Source of the DNA: Nitrosopumilus sp.
GTDB taxonomy: Archaea > Thermoproteota > Nitrososphaeria > Nitrososphaerales > Nitrosopumilaceae
Assembly (NCBI GenBank): GCA_965207075.1
Contig: CBDBLO010000002.1
Location: forward strand, 928,001-992,000
Length of the DNA stretch: 64,000 nt
Direction: 5' to 3'
Below the pieces are notes generated by a model. That model made no database searches and was not told the origin of the DNA. It saw only the letters and a list, made by a program, of their open reading frames with translations. Position 1 is the first letter of the stretch. The number at the start of each line of letters is the position of its first letter. Below, piece by piece: positions 28,956 through 38,807 of this stretch. The translations under genes were made by a program, and so were the position numbers.

Positions 28956-29138
28956 GCGGCGCCGCCGCCGCTGCTGCTGCTGCCGGCACGAGAGCCAAGT
29001 GCACGCGCGCTCCCTTTCCCGAAGCGGAATGTGGAAGCAACGTCGCGGTACGTGGGGGAGCTGCGGTTGGCAGCTCCAGTCAAGTTGCCCGTTCCTGATT
29101 AGAAATCCACTTATACAGACGCAAATCTACCCGCAATC

Positions 29139-29468
29139 ATGAAAAAGGAGTTTGTGGTTCAGAGCATCGACGCCTCCCACGACGGCTCCCCTTACGTCGT
29201 GGTATCGCTTGCGTCGGCCAAGGATCTCAAGGGCGGCATGGAGAGCAACCCCCCGTCCCCCTATGACAGTCCAAAGGTGATGGGGTTTACAAACATCAAC
29301 GACATGATGAAGGATCTCAACAAGATGTTCTCCGGCATGGCGAATCCGGCGATGGCCGGAAACCTCACGCAGATCAAGCTCGACATGCACGAGTACAAGG
29401 ACATGGGGCTGTCAGTCGGCGACAAGGTCTCTCTTGAGCTGACAAAGGACGAGCCACTCGGAGTCTAG
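29139..29468 (+). CDS. Conserved hypothetical protein
   Basis: TATA (CTTATA at about 29110) upstream; IKLDMHEYKDMGLSVGDKV motif. Confidence 0.8.
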   Translation: MKKEFVVQSIDASHDGSPYVVVSLASAKDLKGGMESNPPSPYDSPKVMGFTNINDMMKDLNKMFSGMANPAMAGNLTQIKLDMHEYKDMGLSVGDKVSLELTKDEPLGV

Positions 29469-29530
29469 CTGCCCTCGCGCGCCCGTCTTGAAAGCCTCGC
29501 GCGACAGGCAATAGCGCGGCGTTTACGTGG

Positions 29531-30088
29531 TCAGACTATGGTTGTAATGTACTTCCACCCGTATATGGCGCCTATGGTGCCTATCACAAACAGCATCGGC
29601 TTCCATGCAAACACCGGGAGGCTCGGCGTGGCAAGCCTGATCTTGTAGTTGTCGGCTATCTCCTGTATGGTCTTCCGTATGCGCCCGTGCCATATGTCGT
29701 ACTCTACCTGGTACCTCCTGAGAATGTCGGCCACCTCGTACACGACTGGCGTCCTCTGGGAGAACAGGTGCTGCAGGTAGTCCCGCGACACCTCCACCTC
29801 TGCATGTATGCCGATCAGCCCCCTCTTGAGGTCGACCATCCTTACGTGTATCTCCCACGGCTTTTTGAGCTTGAGGTTAAAGCCGTGCCCTATCTGGCCC
29901 GGCTGCTTGTGCTCGAATTTTACCTTTGTAAACCCCTCTTGGGCGAATATCCTTGCAAGTTCGTTGAAGCTTTTTCTGACCACGATGTGCAACTGCTCGA
30001 CCCCGTCCTGCGAGTCGACGCCTATCCTCCCGTGCTTTGGCCCGTCCACGAACGAGACGGTCTTGGGATACTTGGTCCGATACTCCAT
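29531..30088 (-). CDS. Conserved hypothetical protein with C-terminal TM helix
   Basis: Clean ORF with TTTAAATA upstream. Confidence 0.8.
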   Translation of the reverse strand: MEYRTKYPKTVSFVDGPKHGRIGVDSQDGVEQLHIVVRKSFNELARIFAQEGFTKVKFEHKQPGQIGHGFNLKLKKPWEIHVRMVDLKRGLIGIHAEVEVSRDYLQHLFSQRTPVVYEVADILRRYQVEYDIWHGRIRKTIQEIADNYKIRLATPSLPVFAWKPMLFVIGTIGAIYGWKYITTIV

Positions 30089-30412
30089 GATGCGCAGTCA
30101 CCACCCCTCTATTTAAAGCAGGAAAAGGGACATCTGGGTGAGGCTCGGCTCTGCGGCGGCGGCAGCAGCAGCGGCAGGCAGACAGGAACCCGCACATACG
30201 CCGTCAAGATCCGCCTAGGCGGGCACGATCTCGGATTATGACTCGCAAGGCTGGCGGCGCCACGCCTCTGGTCGGGGATTGGACATCGGCACCGCCACCA
30301 CTCCCGCCGTACCGAGACTTTTCGTTGCATGCCGGTGGCGGGATCTGCGCGTCCTGTCCCGCGGTGTGGCAGAAGGCGGATCTTTGGACGCCGCGCGAAA
30401 CGCCTCGCCGTA

Positions 30413-32806
30413 TTAGCGGCATATGTTTGACTGGTACAGCAGCCGCAGCAGGTCCTCAGAACCGTCGTAGTATGCATAGTCCACAAACGAGCCATCCCTG
30501 TAGACGACGGCCGTGTACTGCCTCGCGTCCAAGTCGCCGGCCGGGTCAAGCGCCAGCGGGAACCCTACTGCCGGGTTCCGTACGGAGAGCGCCGCGTCCG
30601 GGATGGCCTGGACCAGCCCCGTCGCGCCCGTCGAGCTGCCGACCGCCTCCACGGCGTTGGCCAGCGTGAATGTGGCGTCGTACGCGTAAAGGGAGTATAC
30701 GTTGGCGCCCGGCACCTTGTCGTATATGGAGCGGCTGACGTCGTTGGGTACGTACGCCGGGTTCAGCGACAGGAACCGCACGCGCTCCTCCCAGTCCACC
30801 CGTCCCGGATCCGTCCCTATTACGGATCTTGAATACCCGTACCACTTGCTGTCCTGCAGCGACGGGTTGACACTCGCGTGCTCCAGCAGTACCGATATCT
30901 CTTCGAATCCGAACAGCAGTATGGCAGTCTTTGCCCCGTCGACGGCCGCCACCGTCGAGCCCACCATGTCCGATACGGCCTCGAGGTCTTCTGTGGAGGC
31001 CCCTGCCGGGTCGTACTGGAATCTCGCGATCATGTCGATGCCGGGGTTTCGCGCCAACTGCTCCTCCACCGCGTCACTAAGCGCGCGCCCCCACGCGTCC
31101 TCGCGGTGGACCACCACGACGCTCTCTACGCCGTCATGCTCCAGCAACTTCACGTACGCGGGCGCGGTGTGGGTATCGGGCGCGCGTATGCGGAACACGT
31201 TGTCGCCCTCCACGGAGAGTATGGGGGACGACGACGCGTAGCTTATCACGACCGTGTCGTCCAGGCCCTCAAACGAGTCCATGACTGCCGAAAGGCTGGC
31301 GCTCGAGGCGGGACCCAGCACCGCCCGTATGCCGTCGTCGTAGAGCTCCTTGATGTTGTCTAGCGTCCTTGACGGTATGGTCCCGTCGTCAAGCTTGGTG
31401 AGGTGCAGCTGCCAGTCCGCTCCGTTCGCGCGCAGCTGCGAGTTGTAGTCGGCAACTGCCAGGCAGATGGACTTGCTTGCGGGATATCCAAGAACCGTCA
31501 GGGATCCGGTCTCGGTGACGAGCGCCCCTATGCGCCGCGGTTCGTACGCGGGGTTCGGCACCACAGAGTCCGACGCCGAGTCGTATCTGGCCGTCGGGAC
31601 GAACCTGCCGCTTGCATCGTTGATCTCGTACACCAGGTAGTCGCTAGCTGCCAGGTCCCCGTTCTCGTTGAATGCGGTGCTCAAGCCTATGGCCGACTCG
31701 GACGCGTCCAGCTCCCTCGAGGCCTCTGTCATGCCGTTCCTGACGGCGGCCGCGTCGTAGTCCGGCCCTCCGGCCGCGTCGATTGCGGCTCCCACTATGG
31801 ACACGGCGTCGTACGCATGGTAGGCCAGCATGCTGGCCACGGACACGCGGGCGCCCAGCCCCGCGTCGATGCATACGTTGACGTGGCTCTCGTTCGCGGC
31901 AAGCTCGACGGCCTTGTAGCCCACCGTCTTCATGAACTCGACTGCCACCGGGTCCGTCTCCAGCTCGGCCATCGAGTGGTCTGGCCCGTACCACATGGTG
32001 TCGCCGGCACCGTCGAGCGCCGCCGCGCCCCTCACCACGTCCACGATCCCGCCACTGTGGTCAAACAGGACGACTGCTGTTCTCGCACGATCCGCGTCCG
32101 GTATGCTGGCCAGCACGCCCCCAAGCGACGCGACGGTTTCCGCATAGTCGGGGCCGGCTGACTTTAGCGGCATCCGCAGCGAGCCGGCCACGTCCATTCC
32201 GGGCTCACTGCCGACGGCGCCGCCAACGGCGGCCTCCACGGAGCGCCCGATCGCATCGTCCACCGATATCGTGACGACCCGCGTGATCCCGTCGTCCCTC
32301 ATCTGCGCCACGAACGCGTCCGCGATGGTATCCGCGTCGGATATGGTACGGAATATGTAGTCGCCTGGAACCGACAGGGACGTGGAGCCGGATGCATAGC
32401 TGACCGTCACGATCCCGTTCTGGTTGACGTAGTCGGACATGTGCTCCAGGGTCGAACTGTAGGCGGGCCCGATCACCACCCGTATTCCGTCGGCGTACAT
32501 CGATTCTACTGCCCGCAGGGCCGTCTCGCCGTCGCCCCTGGTGTCTGCCTTGACGGTCTCCAGCATCCACCCCCTCTCGTACGCGCCGCGGTTGAAGTCA
32601 TACACGGACAGGTCGATTGCGCTCCGTACGTACGTGCCGTACTCGCCCCAGTCGTATGGTACGAGGACGCCGACGGTCACGATACCAATCTCGTCCTGGG
32701 CGCTGGCTTCTTGGTGCGCACCCGCGGCCGCCGCCGTTGCTGCTGCTGCCACCGCCGCCGTAACGGCCACCATCAGGAACCTGAGTGGCATGCCTGCCGT
32801 CCTCAT
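30413..32806 (-). CDS. Tandem two-domain LivJ-like (type 1 periplasmic binding fold) substrate-binding protein
   Basis: Two repeats of G(V/A)LV...GPAxS...SYAS.S..LSV.GD..FR...AYDA...GDL; Ala-rich signal peptide; TTTATTTA TATA upstream. Confidence 0.88.
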   Translation of the reverse strand: MRTAGMPLRFLMVAVTAAVAAAATAAAAGAHQEASAQDEIGIVTVGVLVPYDWGEYGTYVRSAIDLSVYDFNRGAYERGWMLETVKADTRGDGETALRAVESMYADGIRVVIGPAYSSTLEHMSDYVNQNGIVTVSYASGSTSLSVPGDYIFRTISDADTIADAFVAQMRDDGITRVVTISVDDAIGRSVEAAVGGAVGSEPGMDVAGSLRMPLKSAGPDYAETVASLGGVLASIPDADRARTAVVLFDHSGGIVDVVRGAAALDGAGDTMWYGPDHSMAELETDPVAVEFMKTVGYKAVELAANESHVNVCIDAGLGARVSVASMLAYHAYDAVSIVGAAIDAAGGPDYDAAAVRNGMTEASRELDASESAIGLSTAFNENGDLAASDYLVYEINDASGRFVPTARYDSASDSVVPNPAYEPRRIGALVTETGSLTVLGYPASKSICLAVADYNSQLRANGADWQLHLTKLDDGTIPSRTLDNIKELYDDGIRAVLGPASSASLSAVMDSFEGLDDTVVISYASSSPILSVEGDNVFRIRAPDTHTAPAYVKLLEHDGVESVVVVHREDAWGRALSDAVEEQLARNPGIDMIARFQYDPAGASTEDLEAVSDMVGSTVAAVDGAKTAILLFGFEEISVLLEHASVNPSLQDSKWYGYSRSVIGTDPGRVDWEERVRFLSLNPAYVPNDVSRSIYDKVPGANVYSLYAYDATFTLANAVEAVGSSTGATGLVQAIPDAALSVRNPAVGFPLALDPAGDLDARQYTAVVYRDGSFVDYAYYDGSEDLLRLLYQSNICR

Positions 32807-33130
32807 GTGAATACGACACCGTGTCTGTAAATAAACCATACATGCGTGCAGCCCCTCCAAAGGTGCGCTGGGGGGAAGGGGGGGGGGAGGGGGAGGGAGG
32901 GAGGAAGAGGGTGGAAGAGAGAAGAGGAAGAAGAGGGAAGAGGAGAAAGAGGTGATGGAGGCCCGGCCAGCTTGCCGCGGAGCCCGGCCATCTCAACCGT
33001 GGCTTGGTGCGGCCGGGCCCTGCCGGGCCGCTGGCATGCGCGACGCTTGGCATTGAGGTCGGCTCTGCCGGCGCCACGATTTCTGCACGCGCATGCGCGC
33101 GGATCCGGATGCAAGCCTTAATTATCGTCC

Positions 33131-33682
33131 ATGGGCATCCAGTACATGACACAGCCGCTTAGCGCCACCCTGACATACTATGGGGTCTCCCCGTGGGAGA
33201 TAGAGGTGTTCTACGGGCTGCTCAACTCGCACTTTGTGGTGGTGCAGGACGAGGTGAGCCCGTTTGACGAGGAGTTTGTAAGCTATCTGAGCTTGGAGAT
33301 CCCACTGGAGTTCAACGACGCGTTCTTCAAGTGGTTTGACTTTAAGCGCTGGGACCGTGTAAAGGACATCCTAAAGGAGATGAAGCGGAGACGGGGCACG
33401 GGCAACGCACTGAAGGCCGTCATTGCCTTTTCGGGCAGGATGCGCATCACGTTTACCGTTGACTCTCTGGAGAAGCGGTGGTTTGACAATGCGGTTGAGA
33501 AGATGGACTTTGTGCTGGAGCTGCTGCCGCACCACATGGGCAAGCTTCCTCCGGGGACCTCGTCGGTCCAGTACCGGTTTGACACAGAGTCCGCCCGCTG
33601 GAGGCTCGGTACCGCCACGGATGCCGGTGGCTCTAGGTTTGCATTCCGGGGCGACTCTTGGGAACCGGAAAAGCGGGGCTAG
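33131..33682 (+). CDS. Conserved hypothetical protein
   Basis: Clean ORF (YYGVSPWEIEV, KEMKRRRG); TTAATTA upstream. Confidence 0.78.
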   Translation: MGIQYMTQPLSATLTYYGVSPWEIEVFYGLLNSHFVVVQDEVSPFDEEFVSYLSLEIPLEFNDAFFKWFDFKRWDRVKDILKEMKRRRGTGNALKAVIAFSGRMRITFTVDSLEKRWFDNAVEKMDFVLELLPHHMGKLPPGTSSVQYRFDTESARWRLGTATDAGGSRFAFRGDSWEPEKRG

Positions 33683-33945
33683 CCGCGGAGGGCCGCGCCG
33701 CGGTGGAACCGGCCAATGCGTGCAGCAAGGCCCGGCCGCATGAGGCCGGGACGCTTGGCGCGTTTGCGGGCCCGACGGACGCCCGTTTCCCGCAGGCTGC
33801 ACCCGCAGCGGTGCCGGGCGGCGGCGCGCGCAGGCCCGTTGCCGGAGCCCACGCCGCCATCCCGCAGCCCCTGCAGCAATGTCTGTCGCTGCGGCAAGCC
33901 TGCTCGCTGCTGCAAGCAGGCCGTACGCGGCGCGCGCCTGCCGCA

Positions 33946-34911
33946 TCAGACCTCTAGCGAGTCGAGTATCGCCCCGAGGTCGGTGTTTGAGGTGCCGTCT
34001 GCCCTTGCTATGGACTGTCTTGCGGGGGGGTTCTCCGTATAGTTTGGAATCTTGTCCCTTATTCTGTCACTGTACGGCCCCGTCAACTCGTTGCTGTAGA
34101 ACACGCCTGTCGGGATCCTCTCCCCCCACTCAAGTGACTTTGTGAGGGCTTGGGAGAGGTGCCTGTTGTTCTCGTCTTGGTCGTTGTAGTTTACGGTCGG
34201 ATCATACTTTGTATCCTCCAGCCTGTATATCCTGTCGTGCCTCTCCAGTGACTCCTTCATCAGATCCTTGCCCGCGTACCAGTCACGCGTGTTGATGTCG
34301 TTGTACGTCGGGCATGGCTGAAGCACGTCGAGGAACGACAGCCCCCTGTGCCGAATCGCCTGCGTAAGCAGATACTTGAGGTGCCTGACGTCGTACGAGT
34401 ACCCCCTTGCGACAAAGGTAAACCCGCTTGCGACTGCCAGCCCTATCGGGTTGACGCTGTGGTTGGTGTTTGGCGACGGCAGGGACTTTGTCTTCTCGCC
34501 CAGTTTGAGCGTGGGGGATGCCTGTCCCTTTGTCAGGCCGTACACGCCGTTGTCGAATACCACGTACGTCATGTCTATGTTGCGCCTCCCTGCCGCCACG
34601 AAGTGTCCTGCCCCTATGCCAAGCCCGTCGCCGTCGCCGCCCACGGCCAGTATGGTCATATCCGGATTTGCAAGCTTTGCGCCCTGCGCGAACGTCAGCA
34701 CTCTCCCGTGCAGGGTGTGCACGCCGTACGTGTTGATATAGTGTGACGTCTTGCCAGAGCACCCTATGCCGGAGAATATGGCCGCCTTGTCGCGGCGCAC
34801 GCCCATCTCGGCAAGCGTCATCTGTATGGCGTTTACTATTCCAAAGTCGCCGCAGCCGGGGCACCAGTCATTGTGGACGTCCGTCTTGTAGTCTGCAAGC
34901 CTAAGCGCCAT
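33946..34911 (-). CDS. 2-oxoacid:ferredoxin oxidoreductase beta subunit
   Basis: WCPGCGDF, SGIGCS, GDGD...NGVYGLTKGQ (TPP binding) and QPCPTYN. Confidence 0.96.
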   Translation of the reverse strand: MALRLADYKTDVHNDWCPGCGDFGIVNAIQMTLAEMGVRRDKAAIFSGIGCSGKTSHYINTYGVHTLHGRVLTFAQGAKLANPDMTILAVGGDGDGLGIGAGHFVAAGRRNIDMTYVVFDNGVYGLTKGQASPTLKLGEKTKSLPSPNTNHSVNPIGLAVASGFTFVARGYSYDVRHLKYLLTQAIRHRGLSFLDVLQPCPTYNDINTRDWYAGKDLMKESLERHDRIYRLEDTKYDPTVNYNDQDENNRHLSQALTKSLEWGERIPTGVFYSNELTGPYSDRIRDKIPNYTENPPARQSIARADGTSNTDLGAILDSLEV

Positions 34912-37009
34912 ACATCAGCACCTCCCTCTTCTCTGCCGTCCCGTCCGCTATCTTCTTCAACGTGTCGTATATCTCCGTGCACGTCATGCCCCTGCCGGTG
35001 TATTTTAGTATGTAGTGGTCCACGCGGAGCCCCATGTTCAGCGCAAGGAGCGTACCGAGCTGGCCCGAATAGTTGGACTCGATGTCTACCACGATGCGGC
35101 CTTCGCGCCCGTCGGATTGCAGCAGTTCTGCCACGCGCCCGGTTGGAAACGGATGGAGCAGCTTTACCTGTATGAGCCTTGCACGTATGCCGTCCTGCCG
35201 TCTGAGCATCTCGACTGCGTCGCGCGCAGGTCCCGTGGCCGAGCCCCATGTTATGACCGTAATGGGACGGGCGCCTCCGCCTCGGTCGTCACCCTCGCCC
35301 CCGCCAACGCCCCCGGCGTCGCCGTCGTGGCCATGCGCCTGCTCGCTTATCACCTCCAGAGCCTGCTCTTCTGCCGGCATCCTGTCCAGTATGAGATCCA
35401 GCCTCGACATGCGCTTTTCCATCATTCTGGCGCGCAGTATGGGATCCTCTGTAATGTGTCCGGTCTCGTCAGATTCGTCACCCGTATTCCAGAATATGAA
35501 GTCGTCCATGCCAAGCTTGGAGCGGGGGGATATGCCGTCTTCTGTGAATGCAAACCTGTGGTACGCGGGTGCGGCCTCTTCCCCTCCACCGTCTCCGTCA
35601 TGCCCGCTGCCCGCTGACCCTGCCGCCTGGCCTGCCGTTCTGCCCGACGTCGCCGCCTCTCCGAGCAGCTTACCGCGCCGTATCTCCACCTTCTGCGGGT
35701 CAAACCTCCTGCATGTCTGGACCGTGTTTGCAAGGAACTTGTCCATCATGTGTATCAGGGGCACCTGGAACTCTTCGGCATAGTTAAAGCACCTGCCCGT
35801 GTCGTAAAAGCTCTCCTCTACGCTCCCGGACGCGTAGACTATCCTTGGAAACTCCCCGTGGCTGGCAAATATCACAGAAAGCAGGTCGTCCTGCCCGTGC
35901 CTCGTGGGCAGTCCTGTCGCGGGGCCGCTCCGCTGGTAGTCCGTTATCACTAGGGGTACCTCGTTTATCCCGGCCCATCCGAGCGCCTCGGTCATGAGCG
36001 AGAACCCGGGTCCCGACGTGCAGGTGGATGAGCGCGTGCCCGTCAGTACGCTCCCTATGGTCATGCCTATTGCGCATATCTCGTCCTCGGTCTGTATCAC
36101 TGCGGTGCTGCCGGGCCTGTCGTCTATCACGTCGACAATCTCGTGCGTCTCCATGTACACGGACTCGTCTGACGCGGGGGTGATCGGATAGTATGCCTGG
36201 AACCTGCAGCCGGCGGCCATCTTGCCGAGCGCCGTCCCCTGGTATCCCTGGACCAGTATGGTGTGGGGCTCCCTCTGTCCCGGTTCTCCCAGCCGGCGGG
36301 CCGCCTGAATGCTTGCGGCATCGGCGTACGTGTCAAGCGCGTCGTACGCCAGCGTGGCGGCCTGTATGTTAATGTCCGACATCGCCGGCTTTTTTGCGAA
36401 TATTCTTGAAACAGAGTTCTTCAGCGGCGCGGCCGGCATTCCCAGCAGCCTGAGCGAGAGGGTCACTGCGATGGTATTGTACAGCCTGATAAACCCCCCC
36501 AGCTTCGGGTTGCCCGTCCTCTCTGCAAGCCTTGCGAGTATCTCCTTGAACGGCACGGGATACAGTGTGACGCCCTCGCTGCGGGCGCACTGCAGGGCCC
36601 CTGCGACGGTGCGCTCTGCACCGCTCTCGTCAAGCCGCCTGTGCAGCCTTTCTACGAACGGGCCGTCAAGAGTATGGACGCGCTCCGTGTCGACCTGTTC
36701 CACCTCTGAGTTGTATATTATGCCGCCGCCGGCATGCACGTCGTCGTAGTGCCTGAATATGGTCTCGGCGTCGAATGCCACAAGCAGGTCCGCCCCGCTC
36801 GTGCTCGAATGCGTGACGCCGTCGGTGACCCTTACTGCAAAGTAGCTGTGCTCCCCCTTTATGTTGGAGTAGAACTCGCGCTTTCCAAATATGTGGTAGC
36901 CGGCCTCCGCGCACACCTGCGAGAATATGTTTGCGCCCGACTCGACCCCGCTTCCCTGCGGGCCGCCCATCATCCACGTAAGATCCGTTTTCATGCCCGT
37001 TGCAGTCAC
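34901..37009 (-). CDS. 2-oxoacid:ferredoxin oxidoreductase alpha (gamma-alpha fusion) subunit
   Basis: GPQGSG, YPITP, EDE, TSGPG and QRSGPATGLPT. Start may be ATG 36994. Confidence 0.96.
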   Translation of the reverse strand: MTATGMKTDLTWMMGGPQGSGVESGANIFSQVCAEAGYHIFGKREFYSNIKGEHSYFAVRVTDGVTHSSTSGADLLVAFDAETIFRHYDDVHAGGGIIYNSEVEQVDTERVHTLDGPFVERLHRRLDESGAERTVAGALQCARSEGVTLYPVPFKEILARLAERTGNPKLGGFIRLYNTIAVTLSLRLLGMPAAPLKNSVSRIFAKKPAMSDINIQAATLAYDALDTYADAASIQAARRLGEPGQREPHTILVQGYQGTALGKMAAGCRFQAYYPITPASDESVYMETHEIVDVIDDRPGSTAVIQTEDEICAIGMTIGSVLTGTRSSTCTSGPGFSLMTEALGWAGINEVPLVITDYQRSGPATGLPTRHGQDDLLSVIFASHGEFPRIVYASGSVEESFYDTGRCFNYAEEFQVPLIHMMDKFLANTVQTCRRFDPQKVEIRRGKLLGEAATSGRTAGQAAGSAGSGHDGDGGGEEAAPAYHRFAFTEDGISPRSKLGMDDFIFWNTGDESDETGHITEDPILRARMMEKRMSRLDLILDRMPAEEQALEVISEQAHGHDGDAGGVGGGEGDDRGGGARPITVITWGSATGPARDAVEMLRRQDGIRARLIQVKLLHPFPTGRVAELLQSDGREGRIVVDIESNYSGQLGTLLALNMGLRVDHYILKYTGRGMTCTEIYDTLKKIADGTAEKREVLMYGA

Positions 37010-37070
37010 CTGTCATTGTTGCGTTCTGGCGCGCCACGAGCCGCCGCCTCTGGTATGCGTGCTATGCCTG

Positions 37071-37280
37071 TCACCCTCCAGTCGCGGCATCAAACAGGGC
37101 GCACTCGCACCCGTCGCGTTCCTTGCAGAATTTGCAGACGCAGACACACACGTCCAGCGTCTCGTCACATGTGATACACATGTCAAAATCTGCCTCGTCG
37201 CAGGATGCCCTTGCCGTGGCCGCCTCGGACTTGCCGTGGCCGCTGCCCTTGTCCGCGCCCTGATCGCGTTCTGCATCCAT
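37071..37280 (-). CDS. Small Cys-rich putative metal-binding protein
   Basis: CITC-x6-CVCVCKFC-x5-CEC; TTTATA upstream at about 37302-37307. Confidence 0.72.
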   Translation of the reverse strand: MDAERDQGADKGSGHGKSEAATARASCDEADFDMCITCDETLDVCVCVCKFCKERDGCECALFDAATGG

Positions 37281-37331
37281 GACTCTGGTGTGATGTAATT
37301 CTATAAATGGTTTGGCCACATCCCTGGCTGT

Positions 37332-38345
37332 ATGGAACCCAAGGAAAAAAGAGCCAAGCCCGGAGGAAAGAGGGGAGGAAGGCCGCGTGTATTCATGACC
37401 GGGCCGCTTCCGGACCGTGCCATGAGAAGGCTGCGCCGCGCATATGACGTGGCCGTACACGAGGGCCGCCTGCCCATATCGCGCAGGGGGCTCCTGTCAG
37501 GGCTGCGGGATGCGGAGGGACTGATATGCTTCCCGTTTGACTCCGTTGACGCGGCCGCCCTGGATGCCGCCCCCCGCCTGAGGGTGATCAGCACGTACAG
37601 TGTGGGGTTTGACCATATCGATATCGGGCACGCAAGGGAGCGCGGCATCGTGGTCGGATACACGCCAGAGGTGCTGACAGAGGCCACCGCGGACATCTCA
37701 GTGACGCTCATGCTTGACCTGATGAGGAGGGTCTCTGAAGGCGACAGGCTGATACGGGGCGGCGGATGGAAGGGCGTGTTTGGCGCGACTGAATATGTGG
37801 GGGTGGATCTGCGCGGCAAGACGCTTGGCATACTCGGACTGGGGCGCATCGGGGAGGCGGTCGCGCGCAGGGCCGCCGCGTTCGGCATGAATATTACGTA
37901 TCACAACCGCCGCCGGCTGCCCGCCCGCATGGAGCGCGTACTGAATGCAAGATACGTGGGCTTTGGCAGGCTTCTGTCCGGCAGCGACGTCATCTCCGTG
38001 CACGTGCCGTACAGCGATGCCACGCACCACCTGTTCGATTCGGGCGTGTTTGCCCGCATGAAACGGACCGCGTACCTGGTAAACACGTCACGGGGCAAGG
38101 TGGTCTGCGAACCGGACCTGGTCCGTGCGCTCCGGACCGGCGTGATCGCGGGGGCGGGGCTCGACGTGTTCGAGTCGGAGCCCGTGGGGCGCTCAAGCCC
38201 CCTCGTGCGCCTGCCAAACGTGGTGCTGGCCCCGCACATTGGAAGTTCCACCGCAGAGACGCGATCTGAGATGGCCGACCTGACCCTGCGCAACCTTGAT
38301 CTCGGGCTGCGGGGGCAGAGGCCCGTTCACTCTGTATGCCGGTGA
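37332..38345 (+). CDS. D-2-hydroxyacid dehydrogenase (glyoxylate/hydroxypyruvate reductase-like)
   Basis: GLGRIG, NTSRG, LDVFESEP and APHIGS. Confidence 0.93.
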   Translation: MEPKEKRAKPGGKRGGRPRVFMTGPLPDRAMRRLRRAYDVAVHEGRLPISRRGLLSGLRDAEGLICFPFDSVDAAALDAAPRLRVISTYSVGFDHIDIGHARERGIVVGYTPEVLTEATADISVTLMLDLMRRVSEGDRLIRGGGWKGVFGATEYVGVDLRGKTLGILGLGRIGEAVARRAAAFGMNITYHNRRRLPARMERVLNARYVGFGRLLSGSDVISVHVPYSDATHHLFDSGVFARMKRTAYLVNTSRGKVVCEPDLVRALRTGVIAGAGLDVFESEPVGRSSPLVRLPNVVLAPHIGSSTAETRSEMADLTLRNLDLGLRGQRPVHSVCR

Positions 38346-38512
38346 TGGCACAGGCGGCAGTGGCGGTACCCTGCACCCGCACGTGTGCCCGTCCTGCCAG
38401 ACGCGCTGGTGCGCCGGCGCGGCCGTGCGCGCGCGTGCACGATCGCGCCGCCGGATACCCGATCGCGCCGCCGCGTGCTGATTTTTATACCAACGCGCAT
38501 TCTAAATACTGA

Positions 38513-38791
38513 ATGAAAAAATTCAAACACACAAATGCAGATCTCGAACTGGCCAGGATCCAGACAGAAAAGGCCAGGGACAGGGGCCAAGAGGAAGATG
38601 GTACGAGGAGTGACAATGCCGGGTCGGAGGGCCGCCGGTTTGGGCGAAAAACCGGCCGCGACGATCCCACCGTGCGTCACATCGGTGCGGGCGCAGGCCG
38701 AACCAGGCGGTACGGCGGAGGCAGCGGCGGCGGCGGCCGTAATCGCAGAGGCCGCCGCAGAACCGCCGGAAGCAGCAACAGTAGATATTGA
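38513..38791 (+). CDS. Small basic hypothetical protein
   Basis: TTTTTATA about 25 nt upstream; MKKFKHTNADLELARIQ followed by an RG-rich tail. Confidence 0.55.
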   Translation: MKKFKHTNADLELARIQTEKARDRGQEEDGTRSDNAGSEGRRFGRKTGRDDPTVRHIGAGAGRTRRYGGGSGGGGRNRRGRRRTAGSSNSRY

Positions 38792-38807
38792 CCTACTGCC
38801 GCCCCGC

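Noticed and set aside
33679-33946. Small ORFs between the hypothetical gene and OFOR beta
   Set aside because: No recognisable motif or consistent frame; probably a GC-rich convergent intergenic region.
38345-38512. 55-aa ORF exactly filling the gap after the dehydrogenase (TGATG overlap)
   Set aside because: Ala/Arg/Pro-rich composition typical of non-coding GC-rich DNA, and it contains the TATA of the next gene.
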